Positions 1 to 9,629 are shown, counted from the first letter of the stretch. The stretch: 64,000 nucleotides of DNA from an uncultured Methylomirabilota bacterium (GCA_963842855.1 CAWJHW010000004.1:328684-392683), one strand, 5' to 3'. Notes: generated by a model not told the origin, from the sequence alone. Numbers and translations: made by a program.

Positions 1-164
1 CGACCTGACCGGGGGCTCGGATGCAAAACACTCGACTGGCCGTGCCGAAGGGCAGCGGGTGACTTCACTCCCCGGCCTAGGGTCGCCCCCGAAGAGCCGG
101 ACCCTGCCGGCCTGGCCACCAAGACGGAATGGCAACACTTGTGAGATTGTGAAAGAGGGGCGGT

Positions 165-518
165 ATGCATCAGAATCCCAGCGTGTACATGTCCAAGCGG
201 CTGCACGAGGCAGCGAAGCGGGCCCTGGACGAGGAATTGTTGCGCCTGAAACAGGATCCGAAGCTCGCCGGGGCCCGCGTCACACCCCACGAATGTCTGC
301 ACGCCGTACTCTACAGCCTCCTGTCGCTCGCCTCGGGATACGCGGGGGGCCTGCTTGACCTTGACGTCTCCGTGAGCGATCAAGAATCGCAGGCCACCGT
401 GCGGCGCATTGAGGAGGCCCTCATCCCATCTGTCGCCGACATCATGCGGCACGAACTGCGGAAAAGGGGAGGGACCAAAGACCCGTCCTGGCCCAATCTA
501 CACCATGGGCATGCGTAA
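165..518 (+). CDS. hypothetical protein (117 aa), first ORF of mobile-element-like island
   Basis: Complete ORF in track. Purine-rich GAGGGG about 6 nt before the ATG. No recognisable domain. The 3' end overlaps the start of the next ORF. Confidence 0.35.
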   Translation: MHQNPSVYMSKRLHEAAKRALDEELLRLKQDPKLAGARVTPHECLHAVLYSLLSLASGYAGGLLDLDVSVSDQESQATVRRIEEALIPSVADIMRHELRKRGGTKDPSWPNLHHGHA

Positions 519-729
519 CACGGCCGGCCTGGCGCGTCTCCGAAGGCGAGAGCGTGAGACGCGGGACGGTGAAATCTGCCGCCTCGCCAGAGAGGGGCTC
601 TCCCGGCAGGCAATCTCGGACACCCTCCGAATCTCGTACCGGACCATTCTCGGGGTCTTGAAGAAAGCCAGTGTCCCCGCCCGGGACGCACGGCATGACC
701 GGCGCGGGGCCGTGGGGGCGCTGAGGTAG
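505..729 (+). CDS. small helix-turn-helix DNA-binding protein (74 aa)
   Basis: Internal ATG (aa 33 of track ORF 409..729). GEICRLAREGLSRQAISDTLRISYRTILGVLKK has the pattern of a three-helix HTH (resolvase / sigma70 region 4-like). Confidence 0.4.
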   Translation: MGMRNTAGLARLRRRERETRDGEICRLAREGLSRQAISDTLRISYRTILGVLKKASVPARDARHDRRGAVGALR

Positions 730-1011
730 GTAGAGGAGACTTGACATTTCTGAGATTAAACCGGGGCGACAGGAGGGCGCGCTGATGGGCGACGAGGCCA
801 AGCTCGGAAATAACTCCGTGCCCATCTAGCGGGAGTTTTAACCGTGTTAACCCCCGGGAGGGTGGCGATGAAGCCGAGCGAGGCGATCCGGCAGCTGGCG
901 GTGCTTCAGGAAAGGGGGGAGGTTAGAGATGGGGAGGTTCGATGAAACGCTCGCGCAGTTGCGAAGGGTCAGGGAGTTGATCGAGGGGAGAACTGAAGGG
1001 AGGAGGCAACC

Positions 1012-1461
1012 ATGCCCCCTGCTCCGGCGCAGGTATCCGCATTGGACGACGCGCTCAAGGCCCTCAAGGGGCTGCAGTCGGTGGTGAGTGGTGGGGTCAG
1101 CTACCGGGACTACGCGCCTCGGGTGACCGATGCGAAGATCATCGTGGACCGATATCTGGGGCAGCCAGAGCGCGGTGATGCGGCTCAACGTGCCACCATT
1201 GCGGGCGCGATGCGGTTCTACGTCCTGGCGGTCTCGGGGTGGAACGCGTGGGTATCGAATCCAGGCGGGTACGCGTTAGCGGTTGACGATGCGTGGGCTA
1301 GGGAGGAGTGTCCGGCGGTCAAGCATGCCGTAGCGGCAGATATCATGAAGATGTTTTCTCTCCCTCGGGGGGCGGCCGGGCTGAGGTTCGAGGGGCCGCC
1401 TGCGTTCTGGTCCTGCGCCGCCGACAGGATCGTCGAGGCGGAACGGGTGATATCGCGGTAA
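1012..1461 (+). CDS. hypothetical protein (149 aa)
   Basis: Complete ORF with a GGAGGAGG SD just upstream of the ATG. No recognisable domain. Confidence 0.45.
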   Translation: MPPAPAQVSALDDALKALKGLQSVVSGGVSYRDYAPRVTDAKIIVDRYLGQPERGDAAQRATIAGAMRFYVLAVSGWNAWVSNPGGYALAVDDAWAREECPAVKHAVAADIMKMFSLPRGAAGLRFEGPPAFWSCAADRIVEAERVISR

Positions 1462-1476
1462 AGGAGCAATGGACGC

Positions 1477-1752
1477 ATGAAGACGGATCAATTCTTCACC
1501 GTGAAGGCGCTGGCGGACAGGCTGGCCGTCACGCCGATGACGATTTACCGCCTGGTCGGGCAGGGGAAGCTCCCCGCCGTGAAGATCGGACGGGCCATCC
1601 GCTTCGATCCTGACGCGGTCGCCGCCTACCCAGATAGCCCCCCAGGGGAGATCGCCCCGGGGAAAGGCGAATCGCCGTACCGCTCTCAACGGTCGCCCAG
1701 CCAGAGCCACCCAGGGTCACCCGGCAGAGCCAGTCGGGGTCGCCCAGACTGA
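1477..1752 (+). CDS. excisionase-family (MerR-like HTH_17) DNA-binding protein
   Basis: FFTVKALADRLAVTPMTIYRLVGQGKLPAVKIGRAIRFDPDAV matches the excisionase/AlpA-type HTH pattern. AAGGAG SD lies upstream of the ATG. Confidence 0.7.
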   Translation: MKTDQFFTVKALADRLAVTPMTIYRLVGQGKLPAVKIGRAIRFDPDAVAAYPDSPPGEIAPGKGESPYRSQRSPSQSHPGSPGRASRGRPD

Positions 1753-1909
1753 GCCACCCCAGTGATCTCAATCAATGAGCTACAGTCCTGGTGGCTATGG
1801 GCGGAATCCTCTTATGTTCCAGAAACTTGACCTGTGCCGTTTTCCAAGCCGACGTTCCTGGACCCTATGGCTTTAGTGACTATTCGCAGGTGGCGGTGGC
1901 TCAGTTTGG

Positions 1910-2251
1910 GTGACCCCAGGTGGCTCTACACAGGCGACCGCTGACACCTGCCCCCCCTGTGGGCGGAGGCTCACGGGGCGGCAGACTTCCGCCTGCTCGG
2001 ACCGCTGCCGGGCGGCCAAGAGCCGGCAGAGACAGGCGAGGAAACAGGCTGGGCGAGAGGCGCGGGTGCAGGAGCTGGCCGAGGCGATCTTGGAAAAGCG
2101 AAAGCTAACGCAGGTGGCCCTGGCAAAGAAGGTCGGCGTGCATCAGGTGACCATCGCCCGGATCGAGATCGGAGAGCGAAATCCCTCCATGGACCTGCGT
2201 TAGCGACTGGCCAAGGCCCTCCAGGTGAAGGTGGCCGACCTCCTGGAGTGA
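1910..2251 (+). pseudogene. XRE/Cro-type HTH regulator with N-terminal Cys cluster, interrupted by in-frame TAG at 2201-2203
   Basis: LTQVALAKKVGVHQVTIARIEIGERNPS is an XRE-type HTH. The track ORF stops at TAG 2201-2203, but the same frame continues as RLAKALQVKVADLLE to TGA 2249-2251. That continuation is the expected last helix of the domain. Confidence 0.55.
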
Positions 2252-2471
2252 GGCATCCGATGGCCGATTCCCGCGTCCTTGTCCCTGAGATTGCCCCTCG
2301 CACATGCCCGGCGACACCCTCCGCCGGACCTGGAAGGAATACTCCCGCGAGCTGCCCAAGCTGTCGCGGGTGGACCTGAACGAGCCCGAAGCAAGCCGAG
2401 GATCCGCATAAAGATGACAGCACCGGAAAACGCCGAGCGAGAGGCAGCATAGGCGGAGGGAGGGAGATCCG

Positions 2472-3023
2472 ATGGAAGGCCACGTGTGGGTACATCGGGA
2501 CACGGAGTCGATCGCTGACAGCCCCTGCGATTCCTGCAAAGAGCCTCGGCGGGGAGAGGGCCTCCAGTTGGTTGTCGGCGAATTCCCGAACTTTCGCTCG
2601 ATCCGCCTCTGTGCCACGTGCGCCCGCTCCGCGACCGAGGCCCTCGCCGTTGTTCTCGACGGCCTGCGCAGAGGAGAGTCAGCAAGGACCCAGCGGTGCT
2701 CATGGGCTGGCTGCCCGGAAGCCAACGAGCTAGGACACATGATGCATGTTGGCGGGCATCCCTTCTGTGCCATTCATCACCTTGAGATGCTGCGAGAAAC
2801 CATCTTGCGTGGCCCACGTGATGGCGTCACGGAGGGGAAGATAAGCGACCACTGTTGGCTGAATAGGCGAGCGCGCTTTGTGGAATTGACGGCGACCGAG
2901 GAGGAGAAGTGTGGACTCACGAAGGGGAAAATCGAGAGGAGGACATTTCGTTTCGAGTGGACACCGCCGGTGGTGAAATTCTCGATTGAACGTCACCCGG
3001 CGGGCTTTGTCTACGAACAATAG
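2472..3023 (+). CDS. Cys-rich hypothetical protein (183 aa), two zinc-finger-like modules
   Basis: Strong GGAGGGAGGGAG SD. Module 1 is CDSC-x24-CATC and module 2 is CSWAGC-x15-CAIHH. No named family recognised. Confidence 0.5.
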   Translation: MEGHVWVHRDTESIADSPCDSCKEPRRGEGLQLVVGEFPNFRSIRLCATCARSATEALAVVLDGLRRGESARTQRCSWAGCPEANELGHMMHVGGHPFCAIHHLEMLRETILRGPRDGVTEGKISDHCWLNRRARFVELTATEEEKCGLTKGKIERRTFRFEWTPPVVKFSIERHPAGFVYEQ

Positions 3024-3086
3024 TGGAGCTTCGACGCCTTCCATGCTCGGTTGAACTTGCTATCTGAGCGGCTGGTGAGTACCGAG

Positions 3087-3218
3087 ATGAAAATCGCTCC
3101 GGATGGCCGCGTGATCTGCCCTGACTGCGGTTCGGAGGAAATCGAGAGCAGCCCGGGGCGCGCATACTGCCAAGGGTGCGGCTTCGAGATCCTCCATGAA
3201 CACTCTTTGGAGTGGTAG
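3087..3218 (+). CDS. 43-aa zinc-ribbon protein
   Basis: Not in the ORF track (too short). My reading is MKIAPDGRVICPDCGSEEIESSPGRAYCQGCGFEILHEHSLEW, a CxxC-x13-CxxC ribbon. Its stop overlaps the next ORF region. Confidence 0.4.
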   Translation: MKIAPDGRVICPDCGSEEIESSPGRAYCQGCGFEILHEHSLEW

Positions 3219-3229
3219 CGGAAGGAGAC

Positions 3230-3751
3230 ATGGAAATGTGTGAGTTTTGCACAGGCGTCCCGATCCTTCGGCGCACGGACCTCCCGGAAGACCAGCTTCG
3301 ATCGTGCGAGTGGCAGATTCGATCTCCTGCGAGTGGTGCCCTGGAGACCTGCGATCAACCTGCGGTGTGGATCCTCACACTAGGGGGCCTCTGTGAGCAC
3401 TGCTGCCCTGATCATTTAAACGAGCCTCACTATTACAGTGGGGAGGCACGCTCGATCCCGGACGGTACCCCCTGTGATGACTGTGGCCACCAGGCAAGCC
3501 ACATATATATTGCCGGGATCCCCTATCACGTCTGCCAGGAGCATGCAGACGACGAGCGCGGATTGTACGAAGCTCGGCTACGGGCTATGGGAGCTGATGT
3601 TCTCAGATTTCGAATCAAGGCCTCTTCCCTCAAGGCTCAGGCATCTTCACGCAAGGCTGAACTCGAAGCTGGGAAATCTTCCCTCGAGACACAGTTGAGG
3701 GATCTCAGACAAAAAATTGCCGACCTCAGGCTTCAACTTGGGGAAGACTGA
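3230..3751 (+). CDS. Cys-rich hypothetical protein with C-terminal coiled coil (173 aa)
   Basis: ATG at 3230 is preceded by GGAAGGAGA. It carries several Cys modules (CEFC, CDQPAVWILTLGGLCEHCCPDH, CDDC-x16-CQEH). The C-terminal segment KAELEAGKSSLETQLRDLRQKIADLRLQL looks heptad-like. Confidence 0.5.
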   Translation: MEMCEFCTGVPILRRTDLPEDQLRSCEWQIRSPASGALETCDQPAVWILTLGGLCEHCCPDHLNEPHYYSGEARSIPDGTPCDDCGHQASHIYIAGIPYHVCQEHADDERGLYEARLRAMGADVLRFRIKASSLKAQASSRKAELEAGKSSLETQLRDLRQKIADLRLQLGED

Positions 3752-3946
3752 GAGCACAACGCCCCCGGATCGGGCGGAGGGTTGTTTGATGAAGAACATT
3801 CGACAGCAGGCGAGTCCCAACCGGATCACGAGCCGCAATCCGGCTCCGGGTATTGAGATTGTCCCCCGGCGCCACACGACGGATGGGCAGTATCGGCAGG
3901 CGGCGCTCGCGCTGGCGGCCCTCGCGGGGCAAAAGGGGGGTGCCCG

Positions 3947-4252
3947 ATGAAGCGCACGGTTCCCTCTCCGCCTCATGTGCATTTCCTCACGATCTCCCAG
4001 GCGGCCCTACTCGCCGGCTTGGAGCGGGGCACGATCAAGCGCCTCGTCGAGAATGGTCGGTTGCGTGCCGTTATCATCCCCGGTGCCTCCGGTAGGTGGC
4101 GCCGGGTGTCGTGTGCCGACGTGCTGGCGCTCCGCCGGGAGATGGAGGAGCAGCTAGCACGATCCGCGTCCTGTTCAACGGGAAGCGAGAAGCATCATTC
4201 CAGGAAACGGATCTGCCGGCCGGCAGCCTGCGCGGTGGAGCTGCCACGGTGA
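3947..4252 (+). CDS. second excisionase-family HTH DNA-binding protein
   Basis: FLTISQAALLAGLERGTIKRLVENGRLRAVIIPGASGRWRRVSCADV fits the same HTH_17/excisionase pattern as 1477..1752. A purine-rich SD is present. Confidence 0.6.
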   Translation: MKRTVPSPPHVHFLTISQAALLAGLERGTIKRLVENGRLRAVIIPGASGRWRRVSCADVLALRREMEEQLARSASCSTGSEKHHSRKRICRPAACAVELPR

Positions 4253-4287
4253 GAGTGGGGGAACTCTTAGAGTAGGAGGACAGGGCG

Positions 4288-4605
4288 ATGATGAGAAGTG
4301 AAGCATTCAGAAAAAGAGTGGTCGAGGAGGTAAGAAGCGGGTCCTTTCGTCGCTACACCCGGCACACCACCGCTTGGAGGATGGCCGACACTATTGCCTA
4401 CACTATCAGGCTATTCCCCGTCGTCGCGAAGGACGAGCCGGCCAAAGCGGCGCTGATCAGGGAATTGCTCGACATCTCGAAACAAGGCGACAAGGCTGAG
4501 AAGGTCCTTGACCGCTGTCTCAGCAAAGCTGTGGACGCCCTTGAACGTTTGTCTGTCGGTCAGGCCTTAATGCCTCAGTATCCAGGGGAGTCGATTCAGA
4601 AATAG
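4288..4605 (+). CDS. hypothetical protein (105 aa)
   Basis: Complete ORF with an AGGAGG SD. No recognisable domain. Confidence 0.45.
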   Translation: MMRSEAFRKRVVEEVRSGSFRRYTRHTTAWRMADTIAYTIRLFPVVAKDEPAKAALIRELLDISKQGDKAEKVLDRCLSKAVDALERLSVGQALMPQYPGESIQK

Positions 4606-4691
4606 CACGCCCGCGCGTCGTCGTCTGCGCGGTGAAGCCGCCAAGGTGAAGGTAGGGGAATTGCTGGAGTAGAATGGGAAAGGAGAGGCTT

Positions 4692-5018
4692 ATGCCGAGC
4701 GAGGTGTGTGAAATGTCCGAATGCCGTCAGGTAGCGCGCACCTTAGTTGACGGGTTGTGCCCGCGGTGTTCCGCGCTTGCGGGGAGAATGCGCCTGCGAA
4801 TTCAGGCGGGGAAGCTTTCTCTTCCCGATGACAGCGCGTTTGTCCACAATGAAAAGGGCGTCATGATGAAGCTCGATCCGCAACCAAAGACCGGCGTGCC
4901 GTGTGGCGGTTGCGGGGAGATGATCGAGGCGGATTCCCGAGTAACTTCCATGACGGGAAAAGACCGCAAGGGGTACGTGCTTCACAAAGTGTGTGACGAG
5001 ATCCTCCGTTCTCTGTAA
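4692..5018 (+). CDS. Cys-rich hypothetical protein (108 aa)
   Basis: Second ATG of track ORF 4674..5018, preceded by AAGGAGAGG. Modules are CEMSEC-x11-CPRC and CGGC-x24-C. Confidence 0.5.
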   Translation: MPSEVCEMSECRQVARTLVDGLCPRCSALAGRMRLRIQAGKLSLPDDSAFVHNEKGVMMKLDPQPKTGVPCGGCGEMIEADSRVTSMTGKDRKGYVLHKVCDEILRSL

Positions 5019-5093
5019 ATGAAGTCCCCCCGGGCGAGCCGTCACTCGCCGGGGGCATGGCCCACACCCGCAACCCTGAGAAGGAGGAGAGGC

Positions 5094-5240
5094 ATGAGCG
5101 AAAGTAACTCTACCACACGCCCAAGCCCTCCGGAAGTTCTTACCGGTCCTCCGCCAGTCGGTGTCGCCACAGACTTCCCGCCGAACTGGGCGCAACGCCT
5201 CCGACGTGGTCACGTTCCACCATGCCAACGGTATCCATGA
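5094..5240 (+). CDS. small hypothetical protein (48 aa)
   Basis: Internal ATG of track ORF 5019..5240 with a strong AAGGAGGAGAGG SD. No domain. Confidence 0.3.
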   Translation: MSESNSTTRPSPPEVLTGPPPVGVATDFPPNWAQRLRRGHVPPCQRYP

Positions 5241-5779
5241 CCAGGGAGAGACCTCCGGGGCTCCCCCTCAGAGAGAGGCAGCGAGAGGAGCCCCCGACCG
5301 CCCGCTTCGGATCCAGTCCTGAGTATGGCTTAGCGGCGTTAGCGACCAACCTCGGGGGCCCTCCGGCGGGCCTCCTGCAGGTGCCCGGCTGGACGCGGCT
5401 CCCGCGGTCCCGGCATCGCGGCGGGGCCTGAGTCAAGGGTTCTGCTGGGGGAATCGGGCGAGCTGCGCTACGCTGGTTCACACAGCCCGCCTGCGCCTGC
5501 GAGGAGCAGCACACTATCGGCAACCCCTTGCCTACCCCGCAGCGGCGGCCCGCTCTCGACCGCGAGGGGATTCTCGCCGGTCCTCCGGGCGCTTCCCCCC
5601 GCACGCGTCCGCAAGGTGGTGTGCCCATCGCCCCTCGCTGACCCCGTTCACGCCGTCGCTGGCCATCTCCTCGCCGTTGGAAACTGGTCACTTCCAACCT
5701 GGCGCTTCCACGAATGGGGGGTGAAAGTTGGGAACACCAAACCTGGGGATATAATTGTCGTGAAAGGGGGTGACTGGAA

Positions 5780-5977
5780 ATGGGTGAAGAACCGAAGCCG
5801 GCGGCAGGGAAGGCAGGGGTGGAAGTGAGTTTCGTGCAGATCACGGCAGCGGGTGGTAATGTGATAGAGCTGTTTGGGCTGACGAGAGATGGGAAGGTGT
5901 TCAGGTACCACTTTGGATATGGGGCGAGCGCGGAGAAGTGGACGCCTCTGTCGATGGTGAAGCCACACGAGAAATAG
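5780..5977 (+). CDS. small hypothetical protein (65 aa)
   Basis: Complete ORF with non-repetitive composition and a weak SD. No domain. Confidence 0.3.
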   Translation: MGEEPKPAAGKAGVEVSFVQITAAGGNVIELFGLTRDGKVFRYHFGYGASAEKWTPLSMVKPHEK

Positions 5978-7112
5978 ATGAGGGCGTTGGGTTCTCTGAC
6001 CTTCGGTGAGAACCTCTCGACGAACGGAAATTGATGCCTGTACAAGGAAAGCGCCGGCGTGCCGGGCCCACCAGTGGACGGGGGCCTCGGAAGCTGCGTG
6101 GGTGGGGAGCACGATCGCAACCGGTCTCCCTCAACCTTCATCCCTTAGATGCGGTGGTGCGTGGGACCTGGTGCATCCGGTGCGGTGTCGGTAGCCAGCC
6201 TGCTCTTGCTCGTGGCCGAAGAGGAAATGGAGCACAGGGACCAGGACCGGGAGAAAACAGGACAGCCAGGTGACTCACTGACCGCGGGGCCTGGCCCCTC
6301 GGCAAATGAACCCCTAACGACACCCGCCCACCTGGTTTCAGCTTATCACCGATGGAGGCGCAACCCCCGCCTCCAGGACCTCGCGGACCCCGCCCTTCCG
6401 GCCCCAGGGACCGAAACTGGACTGCTAGCTTGCCCCAGGTTCCCCGATCTCGGGGCACCCCTAGTCCTGGCACAGCTTCCACCAGGTCCGCCACCAGGCA
6501 TCCACCAGGACCTCGGCCACGATCGGCCGGCCATTCGCCGGCGCTGGGATGGTCGTGAACGAAGATGACCAACGAGCTGTAGAAACATCCGGCAGCGCAT
6601 TCTACGCCATGTGGCGTATGGCGATGAGGGGGTCGGGCCCGTGCGTGTATCTGGGCGTGATGGTCAGGCTTGGTCTCCACCGCCCCGAGCTACGGATGGA
6701 CGATGGCGAGCGTCACACCCCCTCTGCCGCTGCAGGCGGCGCGGGAATCTCTCGCCCGGAAGTTAGGGCGGAAGTTAGATCACGGATTATGAGGGTTCGT
6801 GCCGGGGGACCGGTCCCCTAATGGAACAGTGGATCACCTCTCCCGCCAGCCGACGTTGGAGACTCACGTTAACCGTAGCCATGTAGCGCATGGAGAGAGG
6901 GCATCCGCACCGGGGATCTGGGCTGGATGCAGGCCGGTATACGAATTGGCGGCGAAGGGTCGGAGGAGCGACTCCCAGCGACCCTGATGCCGATGGAGCG
7001 AACCACCCGATCCGCCACCGGCAGGCAATGGAAGGTGATCGGCATTGGCTAGGGTGCCGGGGGAACGGACCACCAATTGAGCAGTACGGGAATCTGGGGT
7101 TCATTCCCCAGT

Positions 7113-7138
7113 GGGATTCGAACCCGAGTTATGGTTAC
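7113..7138. repeat. copy A of short repeated element (T-loop-like GGGATTCGAACCC + CGAGTTATGGTTAC)
   Basis: The 26 nt GGGATTCGAACCCGAGTTATGGTTAC are identical to 9089..9114. On the minus strand they are followed by the hairpin CTGGGG-AATGAA-CCCCAG. Confidence 0.8.
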
Positions 7139-7167
7139 CCTTTCTCTGATCACCCGAGTTCTTCATC

Positions 7168-7209
7168 AAAAAAGGGAAGCGCCGTGGTCTTTCGAACAAG
7201 ACGCTTCCC
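7168..7209 (-). terminator. Rho-independent terminator of galM
   Basis: On the minus strand: stem GGGAAGCG ... CGCTTCCC with an inner GTCTT/AAGAC pairing, followed by TTTTTT. It lies 25 nt after the galM stop. Confidence 0.75.
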
Positions 7210-7233
7210 TTCCATCGAAGCTTCGGACGATTC

Positions 7234-8373
7234 TTACTTGACGGAGAACTTGTACATCGTTCTGCCAGAAAACCACTCGCCGGCCTTGATCACGGTCGTG
7301 GGGAAAGCCGGCTTGTTGGGAGAATCGGGGAAGCGCGACGCTTCCATGTTAAAGCCCGAGCGGAAGATGAACGTGGAGCCCTTGCCGACATCGCGGGGGG
7401 CCTTTCCCTCGAGGTTGTTTCCGGTATGGACCTGCAGGCCTGGCTCGGTCGTATAGACTTCCATGAAACGGCCAGACCCCGGTTCCCACGCAATGGCCGC
7501 AAGCGAGAACTCATTGGGGGTCTTCTTGTTGAGCACCCAATGATGGTCATAGCCGCCGGCGAACTTGAGCTGGTCGTAGTCAGTCTGGATGCGGGCGCCG
7601 AAGGTGGTCGGCGTCTGGAAATCCATCGGGGTGCCTTTCACGGACTCGAGCTGCCCCGTCGGAATCAGACCCTTGTCTATGGGAAGGAATCGGCTGGCAT
7701 TGATAAAGATCACGTGGTTGAGGATTTCGCTGCCGAGGTTGCCGGAGAGATTGTAGAACCCGTGGCTGGTGAAGTTCCCGACGGTGTTCTTATCCAGCGC
7801 GTAGGCCTGATAATCGACCACGAGGGCATTATCCTCGGTCACTTGATACAACACGCGGGTTGCCAGCGTGCCGGGGTAGTTCTCTTCGCCATCCTTGTAG
7901 GTATAGAACATCTCGACGCTGGACTCATTAATCTGGTGCGCGTCATAGACGCAGAACCGCGACCCCTTCTGCCCGCCGTGCAGGCTGTTTTCGCCTTGGT
8001 TTTTCGCGAGCTGATATTCCTTGCCGTCCAGCGTGAACTTGGCGCCTCCGATGCGGTTGGCGTAGCGGCCGACGAACGCGCCCATTGACCCCTGCCCGTC
8101 CATCGCCTTGTCGATGCTCTCATACCCTTGAACCACATCGGCGAATTTCCCCGTCCTGTCGGGCACCATGACCTGTTCGATCTTCGCCCCGTAGTTGGTG
8201 ATCTTCACCACCATGCCTTTGCCGTTCTTGATGGTGTAGAGATCAACCTGCTTGCCGTCCACAATCTTCCGGTACATGTCGCTTGTGGGTTCAATGTACC
8301 CGCCCTGCTGAGCGAAACCAAGCTTACAACCCACCACCACCAGCACCAAAGCCAATAACACCCTTTTCACCAT
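7234..8373 (-). CDS. galM: aldose 1-epimerase (galactose mutarotase), secreted/lipoprotein form
   Basis: ATG at 8373 with an AAGGAGG SD. The N-terminus MVKRVLLALVLVVVGC is signal/lipobox-like. GRYANRIGGAKFTLDGKEYQLAKNQGENSLHGG is typical of the aldose epimerase family. The track ORF extends to 8589 without support. Confidence 0.85.
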   Translation of the reverse strand: MVKRVLLALVLVVVGCKLGFAQQGGYIEPTSDMYRKIVDGKQVDLYTIKNGKGMVVKITNYGAKIEQVMVPDRTGKFADVVQGYESIDKAMDGQGSMGAFVGRYANRIGGAKFTLDGKEYQLAKNQGENSLHGGQKGSRFCVYDAHQINESSVEMFYTYKDGEENYPGTLATRVLYQVTEDNALVVDYQAYALDKNTVGNFTSHGFYNLSGNLGSEILNHVIFINASRFLPIDKGLIPTGQLESVKGTPMDFQTPTTFGARIQTDYDQLKFAGGYDHHWVLNKKTPNEFSLAAIAWEPGSGRFMEVYTTEPGLQVHTGNNLEGKAPRDVGKGSTFIFRSGFNMEASRFPDSPNKPAFPTTVIKAGEWFSGRTMYKFSVK

Positions 8374-9074
8374 GAGGCCCTCCTTGTGTTTTGTTGTGCA
8401 TATATGCGGTGTCCTGCCGATGACACAGAGGACTGGCGCCAACGCGAAGATGAGAGGTGAGGCTAAATTTGCTTTTCGGGCGTGCGCCGCGACTCCCGCC
8501 GACATGGCCATCCTGGGCCACCACCGCCAGTTTCGAGGTGCTGCTCGGACCGTGGCGTCAGTATCCAGCCAACCGGTTGCGAGTGTCAAGGGGAAATCCG
8601 GACGATCGCGGGAGGGGACAGCCCCTCTCGGCCTCTCCTGGAAGGGGTGTCGCAGTCCTCAACGGCGGCGGCAGTGGGCGGGAGGGGATGTACGATCAGG
8701 CGAGGGTGCGCGCAGGGAGCAGAGGAGCAGAATGGACGCTTGCTAGCTGTGGCGTGCCAGCTCGATTCCTGCCAGGCTCCCCAGACAGGGCAAATCTCTA
8801 GCCGTTACATAGAGGTGTTGATCCCAACCTGCGATACGCGGGTAATCCCATGAATTGCTCGGCAAAAGAAGAATGGCCATTCCGAGCAGAATTCTTCCGC
8901 AGCCTTCCCATCGAAGGCGAACAATGTAACCTTTGAAAATGACTGCGCAGATCCCCGGAGGGACACCTCTTCACAGTCTGGTGCAGCAGCACCTTCCTTT
9001 GTGTAACGGCAAGCGCAAATCTGGGCACGGGGAGGTGCGGGTTTCACTGAGGTGACGGGAGCCAGTCAACGTGC

Positions 9075-9128
9075 GGAGGGGTCTAGGCGGGATTCGAACC
9101 CGAGTTATGGTTACGATCACGTCTTCGC
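9075..9128. repeat. copy B of short repeated element (most complete copy)
   Basis: 9089..9114 is identical to copy A. 9099..9128 (CCCGAGTTATGGTTACGATCACGTCTTCGC) is identical to copy C. The upstream GGGGTCTAG resembles GGGGGCTAG of copy C. Confidence 0.8.
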
Positions 9129-9212
9129 GATTGTTGGCGAATAGTTTGAGAGCTTAACGCTCCGTCGCCACCAGCGCTCTGATGAGGCGGCCTCTGCCTA
9201 GTGTGCCGGACT

Positions 9213-9362
9213 TCACGCGGCCGCAATCGCACGCTTGGGACGTTTCGGCAGGAAGGGCTCCTCCATCCGGCGCGATGCCTCAAGGTCGAAGAGCTTTTCC
9301 CCGCAATCCGGGCAGACTTCGAGCCCCAAACCGGCGATCGTAGCTCTCTTGTTCCGGACCAT
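9213..9362 (-). CDS. possible remnant of a YgiT/MqsA-type zinc-ribbon protein
   Basis: TVTLTAMVRNKRATIAGLGLEVCPDCGEKLFDLEASRRMEE resembles the second half of YgiT-type zinc fingers (VC..CGE..F..E). The first CxxC pair is absent and the start is uncertain. Confidence 0.25.
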   Translation of the reverse strand: MVRNKRATIAGLGLEVCPDCGEKLFDLEASRRMEEPFLPKRPKRAIAAA

Positions 9363-9629
9363 GGCTGTGAGCGTAACCGTCTGCCTACGAAGTCGCGTGC
9401 TGCCACTGAATACCCTTCGATTCGTGAAGGATACCCGGAATGGCAAGGACTTAGGTGGGCGAGAGTGGCAGATCGGCCATCGGGTGAGAGGAGGTCTTCG
9501 CTCACTTTGCATCCTCCGCTCCTCCCTACAGATGCCCTGCAGGGCCTTGACTGGGACCGCCTTCCGGGATAGTATATTCGCGGTCGAACGAGGATGCGGG
9601 CAATCCGATGGCAGAGGAGGTACAGGGCG

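Noticed and set aside
5140-6141. 333-aa minus-strand ORF in the island
   Set aside because: It is Pro/Arg/Gly/Ser-rich low complexity with no SD. It overlaps plus-strand small ORFs that have strong SDs. Confidence that this stretch codes for anything is low either way.
9075-9175. Possible tRNA or tmRNA gene on the minus strand (GGGTTCGAATCCC T-arm)
   Set aside because: The T stem closes with a mismatch. No complementary 5' acceptor strand (GGTCTAG or similar) exists at tRNA or tmRNA distance. No canonical D arm or U33-containing anticodon loop could be drawn. The candidate tag frame has no Ala-rich ending. I kept it only as a T-loop-like repeat.
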